Positions 16,105 through 23,079 of a stretch of 32,000 nt of DNA are shown here, piece after piece (the stretch's first letter is position 1; each line of letters begins with the position of its first letter). A program made the translations under genes and the position numbers. The notes beneath the pieces are model-generated. The model did not search any database and was not told the origin of the DNA. It saw only the letters and a program-made list of their open reading frames with translations. Source of the stretch: Delftia acidovorans NBRC 14950. Its GTDB lineage: Bacteria > Pseudomonadota > Gammaproteobacteria > Burkholderiales > Burkholderiaceae_C. The stretch spans positions 240,001 through 272,000 of the forward strand of contig NZ_BCZP01000007.1 of NCBI RefSeq assembly GCF_001598795.1, given 5' to 3'.

Positions 16105-16923
16105 TCAGAACGCAGGGATCACCGATCCCTTGAACTGCACATCGATGAACTGGCGCACTTCATCGGAGTGGTAGGCCTTGATCAGCTGCGCCACCCAGGG
16201 CTTGCCCTTGTCGGCATCGCGCGCGACCAGGATGTTCACATAGGGGTTCTTGGCGTTTTCCTGCGCAATGGCATCGGTCTTGGGGTTCAGGCCTGCCGAG
16301 ATCGCGAAGTTGGTGTTGATGGCCGAGGCGTCCAGGTCATCCAGCGAGCGTGGCAGCTGGGCTGCGTCCAGCTCCACGAAGCGCAGCTTCTTGGGGTTGG
16401 AGACCACGTCCAGCGGCGTGGCCTTCAGGCCCGCGCTTTCCTTGAGCTTGATCAGGCCCTGGGCCTGCAGCAGCAGCAGCACGCGGCCACCGTTGGTGGG
16501 GTCGTTGGGGATGCCGAACTTGGCGCCCTGGGGCAGGTCGGCCAGCTGCTTGATCTTCTTGGAATAGATGCCGATGGGGAAATTCACCGTGTCGGCCACC
16601 CAGCCGATCTTGTAGCCGCGGTCGCGCACCTGGGCGTCGAGGTAGGGGCGGTGCTGGTAGCTGTTGGCATCCAGGTCACCGGCAGACAGCGCCGCATTGG
16701 GCTGCACGTAGTCCCCGAATTCAACAATCTGGATCTTCAGGCCGTTCTTCTCGGCGACCTTCTTGACCTGCTCCATGATCTGGGCGTGCGGGCCGGCCGT
16801 GACTCCGACCTTGATGGGCTTGTCCTGCGCCTGCGCGGGCATGGCCAGCAGGGTCATGGCGGCGGTGCTGGCAATCGCGGCGGCCGTGAGCGCGCGGCGG
16901 AGGAAATGGCGCTTGGTGGGCAT
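16105..16923 (-). CDS. Orphan MetQ/NlpA-family substrate-binding protein (second paralogue)
   Basis: The ORF was trimmed to the ATG at 16923: MPTKRHFLRRALTAAAIASTAAMTLLAMPAQAQ (signal peptide, no lipobox Cys) followed by DKPIKVGVTAGPHAQIMEQV ... NSYQH ... INTNFA. It is clearly paralogous to the metQ at 7559-8389. No adjacent permease or ATPase is present. Confidence 0.8.
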   Translation of the reverse strand: MPTKRHFLRRALTAAAIASTAAMTLLAMPAQAQDKPIKVGVTAGPHAQIMEQVKKVAEKNGLKIQIVEFGDYVQPNAALSAGDLDANSYQHRPYLDAQVRDRGYKIGWVADTVNFPIGIYSKKIKQLADLPQGAKFGIPNDPTNGGRVLLLLQAQGLIKLKESAGLKATPLDVVSNPKKLRFVELDAAQLPRSLDDLDASAINTNFAISAGLNPKTDAIAQENAKNPYVNILVARDADKGKPWVAQLIKAYHSDEVRQFIDVQFKGSVIPAF

Positions 16924-17057
16924 GGATGCGGTTCCTTGTAACCTGTCAAAAACACAGGCGCACACTGTAGCGCCAACACAGCGCGCGGCGGCCGTACCGG
17001 CACACTGCGGCTAGACAGTTTTTTCAGTAGCTCACAACCGGCGCCGCAGCGCGGGCG

Positions 17058-17408
17058 TCAGCGGTCCTGGAACTCGGGCGTTGCCATCACCTGGTGGGCC
17101 ACGACGTCCAGCACAGGGTGGGGTTGTTCCTGGCGGTCTATCCAGACCTTGGGCGTGAAGCTGCCACGCAGCGCCACGGCATCGCCTTCGATCAGATTGC
17201 GCAGCACCTCGCAGGCCTGGGCATCGAATGCAACCACGTTGACCGGGATGGAGGTGCCATCGGATGCCTCGGAACGCACGCGGGCCACCATGAAGGGGCG
17301 CCGATTGCGGTCGCTGCGGTGTTCGGGCGTACCGGTGAGTCTGCCGGTAATCAGTCCATCCATCATGTGCGAGACCAGGAAGAAATCGTCAGTTACAAAA
17401 GACGCCAT
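17058..17408 (-). CDS. Small hypothetical protein, OB-fold / SSB-like by sequence pattern
   Basis: 116 aa. The pattern ITGRLTGTPEHRSDRNRRPFMVARV ... NVVAFDAQACEVLRNLIEGDAVALRGSFTPKVWIDRQEQ ... LDVVAHQV resembles the SSB OB-fold layout (L-x-G-x-L, then VV-F-G, then G-x-L-x-x-x-W), without an acidic C-terminal tail. The first ~15 codons use AT-ending codons atypical for this window, so the start may be the MMDG at 17366. Confidence 0.45.
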   Translation of the reverse strand: MASFVTDDFFLVSHMMDGLITGRLTGTPEHRSDRNRRPFMVARVRSEASDGTSIPVNVVAFDAQACEVLRNLIEGDAVALRGSFTPKVWIDRQEQPHPVLDVVAHQVMATPEFQDR

Positions 17409-17588
17409 TGTAGGTGCAGGTTTTACGTGCCCAGACCGGGACGCGCATCTTCGCGGTGCATGGACTTTTCATGCGCTGGCTGCCCTCGCCATCCGTGATG
17501 GACCTGCCTGGCGAAGCTGCACTTTCTCTTCGCAGCAAGGCGCCATCGCATGCGAAATCGAACGCGCAAAAAAAACGAACGTACAAAG

Positions 17589-17619
17589 CAAAAAGCTCCT
17601 GACGTTTCCGTCAGGAGCT
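17589..17619 (-). terminator. Rho-independent terminator of tRNA-Pro copy 1
   Basis: 11-bp stem agctcctgacg (17594-17604) / cgtcaggagct (17609-17619). On the minus strand the hairpin is followed by TTTTT. Confidence 0.75.
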
Positions 17620-17627
17620 TTGCGTTT

Positions 17628-17704
17628 TGGTCGGCGTGGCGGGATTCGAACTCGCGACCCCTTGCACCCCATGCAAGTGCGCTACCAGGCTGCGCTACAC
17701 GCCG
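17628..17704 (-). tRNA. tRNA-Pro, anticodon GGG (copy 1)
   Basis: The minus strand reads CGGCGTG-TA-GCGC-AGCCTGGTA-GCGC-A-CTTGC-ATGGGGT-GCAAG-GGGTC-GCGAG-TTCGAAT-CCCGC-CACGCCG-A-CCA (77 nt). This is a full cloverleaf with encoded CCA and anticodon loop AUGGGGU. The T-stem has one A:C mismatch (52:62). Confidence 0.9.
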
Positions 17705-17811
17705 AAGCATTGAATTATAGGGACTAAAAACAGGCCTTCAGGGAAAACGCAGAGATTTTTCAAAAATGTCTGCAAATTCCTGAAATGGCGACGATCAGCC
17801 CCCGCATCTTC

Positions 17812-20800
17812 TCACCCCTGATGCGTGGCGCGCACGTGGTCCAGCAAGGCCTCCAACGGATGGCGCAGCTGCCGTGCAGACAGTCGCTTGACCTGGCTGC
17901 GGCAGGAGTAGCCGGTGGCCAGCGGCTCGCCCAGGTTCTGCTTGCTCTCGATCTGTTTCGCCCATGACTGGGCATAGATGGTCTTGGAGGTCTCGAGGTT
18001 GCGCGCCTCATGCCCGTAGGTGCCCGACATGCCGCAGCAGCCCGTGGCCTCCACGCTCAGGCGCAGCCCCCGTCGCTCGAAAAGCTGCGTCCACTGCTTG
18101 CCGCTGTCGGGCGCGTTGGTCTTTTCAGTGCAGTGCGGCAGCAGCCGGTAGGCCACGCTGGCCACGCTGGTCACTGCCTCGGGCAGCACCTGCAGCAGCC
18201 ACTCCTGGGGCAGCGCGACCTTCGGCACCTCGCCCATGCCCGGCACCTTGAGGTATTCCTGCCGATAGGCCAGCGTCATGGCCGGATCCAGCCCCACCAG
18301 CGCAACGCCGGACTGCGCCAGTTGCGCCAGCTGCGCGGCATTGCGGATGGCCGCCTTGGCAAAGGCGCCCATGAATCCCTGCACATGCAGCGGCTTGCCA
18401 TTGGGCAGCAGCGGTGCCAGCCAGACCTGGAATCCCAGGCGCGCCGCCAGCTCGATCAGCACCTGCAGCTGGCCGGTCTCGAAGTAGCGGGTAAAGCTGT
18501 CCTGCACGATGACCACGCTGCGCGCGCGCTGTTCGGGCGTGAGCGCAGCCAGCGCCTGCGCATCGGCCGCGCGCACCTTCCATTGCCGCAAGGTGGCTGC
18601 CAGGTCCAGCCGGCTCAGCAGCGGGCCATCGACCATGCCGATGCGACGGCTGAGCACATCGCGCATCCATGGCGAGCCCATCACCCCGTTGTAGAGCGCG
18701 GGCATGCGCGCCAGCCACGGCATGGTGAACTCCAGCGAGCCGATCAGGTAGTCGCGCACGGGCCGCAGGTAGCGGCGGTGGTAGAGCTCCAGAAAGCGCG
18801 AGCGGAATTCGGGCACGTTGACCTTGACGGGACACTGCCCGGCGCAGGACTTGCAGGCCAGGCAGCCGGCCATGGCGTCATAGACCTCGTGCGAGAAATC
18901 GGCCTCGCCGCGGCGCGCCGCGCGGCTGTTGCGCCAGCGCGCGGCCAGGCTGGACAGGAGGGATTGGGGCCGCTGCGCGACCTCCAGCACGTTCACGCCG
19001 GCCTGCCCCTGCAGGCGCAGCCATTCGCGCATCAGCGAGGCCCGGCCCTTGGGCGAATGCACGCGCTGGCGCGTGGCCTTCCAGGACGGGCACATGGCGT
19101 CGTCCGGGTCGAAGTTGTAGCAGGCGCCGTTGCCGTTGCAGTGCATGGCCGCACCATAGCTTTGCCATACGCGCTCGTCGATCTGCCGGTCCAGCTCGCC
19201 GCGCGTGGTGACGCCGTCCACCTTGAGCAGCAAGGTCTTGCTGGCCGGCGGCGTGGCGATCTTGCCGGGGTTGAGCTGGTTGTGCGGGTCGAAGGCGGCC
19301 TTGAGCTGCTGCAGCGAGGGATACAGCTCGCCGAAGAAGGCCGGCACATATTCGGAGCGCAGGCCCTTGCCGTGCTCGCCCCACAGCAGGCCGCCATGGC
19401 GCTGCGTGAGTTCGGCCACCGCGTCGGAGATGGGGCGCACCAGGGCGGCGTCCACGGGGTTCTTCATGTCCAGGATGGGGCGCACATGCAGCACGCCGGC
19501 ATCGACGTGGCCGAACATGCCGTACTGCAGGCCGTGGCTGTCCAGCAGCGCGCGGAACTCGGCAATGAACTCGGGCAGGTTCTCGGGCGGCACGGCCGTG
19601 TCTTCGACAAAGGGCTGGGGCCGCGCCTCGCCCGCCACGTTGCCCAGCAGGCCGACGGCGCGCTTGCGCATGGCATAGACGCGTTGCACCGCCGCATTGC
19701 CTGCCGCCAGCGTGTGGCCCAGCCGCTCCACCGAGGCGTCGGCGCCCAGGTGGCCGAGGAAGGCCTGCACGCGGCCATCGACCTCCTGCGGATCGTCGCC
19801 GCTGAACTCCACCAGGTTGATGCCCAGCGTGGGGCGCTGGCCGTCCTGCGGGAAGTACTCGGCCACGCTGCTCCAGACGAAGTCCTTCATGGCCAGCAAC
19901 AGCACCTTGGAATCCACCGTCTCAATGGACAGCGGCCGGTGCGCCATCAGCGCGCGCGCATCGCGCAGCGCATCCATGAAGCCCGCATAGCGCACGTTGA
20001 CCAGCACCGAATAGCGGGGAATGGGCAGCACGTTGAGCTTCGCCTCCACCACGAAGCCCAGCGAGCCTTCGGCGCCGCACAGCACGCTGTTGAGGTTGAA
20101 GCGCCCGTCGCCTTCGCGCAGATGGGCCAGGTCATAGCCGGTGAGGCAGCGGTTGAGCTTGGGAAACCGCGCCTCGATCAACTCCGCCTGGTCCTCGCTG
20201 ATGCGCCGCGCAGTGCGGTGCACCTTGCCGATGCGCCCCGAATCGGCGCACATGCGCTCCAGCGCCTCGGCATCCAGCGGTGCGCTGTGCAGGCGCTCGC
20301 CGCCGAGCAGCACGAAGTCCAGCGCCAGCACGTGGTCGCGCGTCTTGCCATAGGTGCAGCTGCCCTGCCCGCTGGCATCGGTGTTGATCATGCCGCCGAT
20401 GGTGGCGCGGTTGGAGGTGGACAGCTCGGGGGCAAAGAACAGCCCGTGCGGCCTGAGCGCGGCGTTGAGCTGGTCCTTGACCACGCCTGCCTGCACGCGC
20501 ACCCAGCGCTGCTCGGCATTGATTTCGAGGATGCCGTTCATGTGCCGCGACAAGTCCATGGTCACGCCATGCGTGAGCGACTGGCCATTCGTTCCGGTGC
20601 CGCCGCCGCGCGGTGTCAGCACCACATCGCGGAACTCAGGCCGCGCCAGCACCTGCGCCGCCCTGGCCACATCCTCGGCGTGACGCGGGTAGATGGCCGC
20701 CTGCGGCATGCGCTGGTAGATGGAGTTGTCCGTGGCCAGCACGGTGCGGCTGGCATGGTCCGTGTCCACGTCGCCCTCGAAGCCGGCGGCCTTCAGCGCT

Positions 20801-20874
20801 TCAAGAAACTCAAGGTATTCGGCAGGCACGGGGGCGCCGGCGTGGGGCAGTGGGGCAATCGACATGGAGGGCAA
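17812..20874 (-). CDS. FAD-linked oxidase fused to a 4Fe-4S/CCG (GlcF-like) domain; YdiJ-like, putative D-2-hydroxyacid dehydrogenase
   Basis: 1020 aa. It has an N-terminal FAD-binding PCMH domain (PRGGGTGTNGQS), a central ferredoxin motif (CLACKSCAGQCP), and C-terminal cysteine-rich CCG repeats (CCGMSGTYG). The size and architecture match E. coli YdiJ (about 1018 aa). Confidence 0.85.
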   Translation of the reverse strand: MPSMSIAPLPHAGAPVPAEYLEFLEALKAAGFEGDVDTDHASRTVLATDNSIYQRMPQAAIYPRHAEDVARAAQVLARPEFRDVVLTPRGGGTGTNGQSLTHGVTMDLSRHMNGILEINAEQRWVRVQAGVVKDQLNAALRPHGLFFAPELSTSNRATIGGMINTDASGQGSCTYGKTRDHVLALDFVLLGGERLHSAPLDAEALERMCADSGRIGKVHRTARRISEDQAELIEARFPKLNRCLTGYDLAHLREGDGRFNLNSVLCGAEGSLGFVVEAKLNVLPIPRYSVLVNVRYAGFMDALRDARALMAHRPLSIETVDSKVLLLAMKDFVWSSVAEYFPQDGQRPTLGINLVEFSGDDPQEVDGRVQAFLGHLGADASVERLGHTLAAGNAAVQRVYAMRKRAVGLLGNVAGEARPQPFVEDTAVPPENLPEFIAEFRALLDSHGLQYGMFGHVDAGVLHVRPILDMKNPVDAALVRPISDAVAELTQRHGGLLWGEHGKGLRSEYVPAFFGELYPSLQQLKAAFDPHNQLNPGKIATPPASKTLLLKVDGVTTRGELDRQIDERVWQSYGAAMHCNGNGACYNFDPDDAMCPSWKATRQRVHSPKGRASLMREWLRLQGQAGVNVLEVAQRPQSLLSSLAARWRNSRAARRGEADFSHEVYDAMAGCLACKSCAGQCPVKVNVPEFRSRFLELYHRRYLRPVRDYLIGSLEFTMPWLARMPALYNGVMGSPWMRDVLSRRIGMVDGPLLSRLDLAATLRQWKVRAADAQALAALTPEQRARSVVIVQDSFTRYFETGQLQVLIELAARLGFQVWLAPLLPNGKPLHVQGFMGAFAKAAIRNAAQLAQLAQSGVALVGLDPAMTLAYRQEYLKVPGMGEVPKVALPQEWLLQVLPEAVTSVASVAYRLLPHCTEKTNAPDSGKQWTQLFERRGLRLSVEATGCCGMSGTYGHEARNLETSKTIYAQSWAKQIESKQNLGEPLATGYSCRSQVKRLSARQLRHPLEALLDHVRATHQG

Positions 20875-21017
20875 GGTGGGGAGTTTTGTTGCAGGCGATC
20901 AGCCCAGGAAACCCATGCATGCAATACACGATTTCAGGCCGACCATGGCCGCAAGTATCTCTACACTCTTCCTCTGGAACAAACGAAAATTGCTGCCGTA
21001 AACACTGCATAAAACTC

Positions 21018-21917
21018 ATGAATTACCGACGCCTGACGCCCTCCATGTCCCTGCTGCTGGTCTTCGAGGCAGCCGCGCGCCACGAAAGCTATGCGCGTGC
21101 GGCCGAGGAGCTGTCGCTCAGCCAGAGCGCCATCAGCCGGCAGGTGCAGACACTGGAGGCGCAGCTGGGCATCAGCCTGTTCCGCCGCGAGGGCCGCACG
21201 GTGCGCCTGACCGACGTGGGGCGCCGCTACTTCATCGACCTGGGCGCCGCGCTGGGCCGCATACGCAGCGCCACCCTGCAGGCCATGTCACGCCAGTCCG
21301 GCGGCGGCACGCTCAACCTGGCCACCCTGCCCACCTTCGGCTCCAAATGGCTGCTGCCGCACCTGCATGGCTTCTACCAGGCGCAGCCCGGGGTGACGAT
21401 GCACATCCACTCGCGCATCGGCGATATCGATTTCGACAGCGCAGAGATAGACGCCGCCATCACCGTGGGCACGGGAGACTGGCCCGGGCTGACCGCGCAT
21501 CGCCTGTACCACGAGTTTCTGGTGGCGGTGGCCAGCCCGCAGGCGCTGCAGCAGGCCGGGCAGGCAGCAGCCTCGCCGGATTGGGCGGGCCAGCAGGTGC
21601 TGCTCACGGTGGCCAGCAACCGGCAGGCCTGGAGCGAGTGGTTCACGCACTATCGGCTCGATCACCGGCAGATGCGGATAGGGCCGAGCTTCGAGCTGAC
21701 CTCGCACCTGATACAGGCCGTGCTGGCAGGCATGGGCGTGGGCCTGGTGCCACGGGTACTGGTGGAAGAGGAGATGGCGCGCGGTGAGCTGCACGTGGTG
21801 GGAGACGCCATCCCCAGCCAGCGCAGCTACTACCTGGTCTATCCCGAGAGGAACGCGACACTGCCGGCGCTGGCAGCCTTCCGGCAATGGCTGCTTGCAA
21901 CCTGCGCTCAGGGTTGA
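21018..21917 (+). CDS. LysR-family transcriptional regulator (GcvA-like N-terminus)
   Basis: The ORF was trimmed to the ATG at 21018: MNYRRLTPSMSLLLVFEAAARHESYARAAEELSLSQSAISRQVQTLEAQLGISLFRREGR. It is divergent from the YdiJ-like gene across a 143-bp intergenic region. Confidence 0.85.
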   Translation: MNYRRLTPSMSLLLVFEAAARHESYARAAEELSLSQSAISRQVQTLEAQLGISLFRREGRTVRLTDVGRRYFIDLGAALGRIRSATLQAMSRQSGGGTLNLATLPTFGSKWLLPHLHGFYQAQPGVTMHIHSRIGDIDFDSAEIDAAITVGTGDWPGLTAHRLYHEFLVAVASPQALQQAGQAAASPDWAGQQVLLTVASNRQAWSEWFTHYRLDHRQMRIGPSFELTSHLIQAVLAGMGVGLVPRVLVEEEMARGELHVVGDAIPSQRSYYLVYPERNATLPALAAFRQWLLATCAQG

Positions 21918-21964
21918 TTCCTGCGCAACTGCCGCTCCCCTTCAGCGGTTGGCGATGGCACAAA

Positions 21965-21997
21965 GAAAAACGGACCACAGCCAGAAGCTGTGGTCCG
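21965..21997 (-). terminator. Rho-independent terminator of tRNA-Pro copy 2
   Basis: 10-bp stem cggaccacag (21971-21980) / ctgtggtccg (21988-21997). On the minus strand it is followed by TTTTT. Confidence 0.75.
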
Positions 21998-22007
21998 TAT
22001 TCATTTA

Positions 22008-22084
22008 TGGTCGGCGTGGCGGGATTCGAACTCGCGACCCCTTGCACCCCATGCAAGTGCGCTACCAGGCTGCGCTACACGCCG
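22008..22084 (-). tRNA. tRNA-Pro, anticodon GGG (copy 2, identical to copy 1)
   Basis: The 77 nt are identical to 17628-17704. The identity extends 3 nt further, then continues at 10/12 through a TATAAT-like box (minus strand, 22099-22094). Confidence 0.9.
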
Positions 22085-22114
22085 AAGAATTCAATTATAT
22101 ACAGCTTTTTGCTC

Positions 22115-22525
22115 TCAAATAGAAAGCAGCGCACGAATCTGCAAAAGCTCCTCGCGCACGGCCTCCGGCTCCAGCGGAACGCTGGCCGCGGCATCGCCAC
22201 CGAGCAGCGGCGCGGCAGCCGGCGCCGACACCACGACACCTGCCTGCAGCGCGGGAACCACGGCAGACCCCGAGGCTTCGCGCAGGCGGTTGCGCGCGCC
22301 GTTGATGGTGAAGCCCTGTTCGTACAGCAGCTCACGGATGCGCCGGATCATCAGCACTTCGTGGTGCTGGTAGTAGCGGCGGTTGCCGCGCCGCTTCATG
22401 GGACGCAGCTGCGTGAACTCCTGCTCCCAATAGCGCAGCACATGCGGCTTGACGTCGCACAGATCCGCGACCTCACCGATGGTGAAGTAGCGCTTGGCGG
22501 GAATCTGGGGCAGAAGTGAAGCCAT
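22115..22525 (-). CDS. MerR-family transcriptional regulator
   Basis: The ATG at 22525 gives MASLLPQIPAKRYFTIGEVADLCDVKPHVLRYWEQEFTQLRPMKRRGNRRYY, a MerR HTH. It sits downstream of ihfA. Confidence 0.8.
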   Translation of the reverse strand: MASLLPQIPAKRYFTIGEVADLCDVKPHVLRYWEQEFTQLRPMKRRGNRRYYQHHEVLMIRRIRELLYEQGFTINGARNRLREASGSAVVPALQAGVVVSAPAAAPLLGGDAAASVPLEPEAVREELLQIRALLSI

Positions 22526-22713
22526 GGCAAATGTGGATGAGGTCAGGATGTGCAATGCCGCTGGTGCGCGGACGCCGATCCGGGAAGAAGGCCGAGCCTA
22601 CTGCACAGCTCGCTTGCAGGCCAGCACCCTGTCGTAAAAACAGCCCATCCACCGCAAGGCAGACAGGCTGACGACAGCTGGGCCACGGCAAGCCGGGCCC
22701 CGGGGACGACCCT

Positions 22714-23046
22714 TCAGGACGCGGAGCCCGTCGTGCCTTCCTGGATCTGCTCCTTGAGCTTGCTGCTCGCATGGAAGGTCACGACGCGGCGCGCCTCGAT
22801 CGGAATGGCCTCGCCCGTGCGCGGGTTGCGCCCCGGACGCGGTGCCTTGGTGCGGATCTGGAAGTTGCCGAAGCCCGACAGCTTCACATCCTCGCCCGTC
22901 ACCAGGCTTTGCGAGATCAGCTCGAAGAACGCATCCACCATTTCCTTGGATTCGCGCTTGTTCAGGCCGATCTCGTCGAACAGCAGGTCCGCCAGCTGCG
23001 CCTTGGTCAGCGCGGGCGAATCAAGACTTTCCACCGTCAGTTCCAT
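22714..23046 (-). CDS. ihfA: Integration host factor subunit alpha
   Basis: [82 protein letters not shown] is a canonical IHF-alpha sequence. I chose the start at the ATG at 23046; the longer ORF start at 23076 is possible. Confidence 0.85.
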   Translation of the reverse strand: MELTVESLDSPALTKAQLADLLFDEIGLNKRESKEMVDAFFELISQSLVTGEDVKLSGFGNFQIRTKAPRPGRNPRTGEAIPIEARRVVTFHASSKLKEQIQEGTTGSAS

Positions 23047-23079
23047 CACGGGATCTCCTTTCACGGCATGGGCCATCCA

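Noticed and set aside
18010-21012. 1000-aa plus-strand ORF, along with similar giant ORFs at 22771-25683 (+), 28179-30308 (+), 12384-13877 (-), 46-1389 (+) and 3922-5421 (+).
   Set aside because: These lie antisense to genes with unmistakable conserved products (YdiJ-like, pheT, thrS, the ligase, cysW, LysR). Their translations are low-complexity and rich in Arg/Ala/Gly/His/Gln, typical of stop-codon-poor shadow frames in high-GC DNA.
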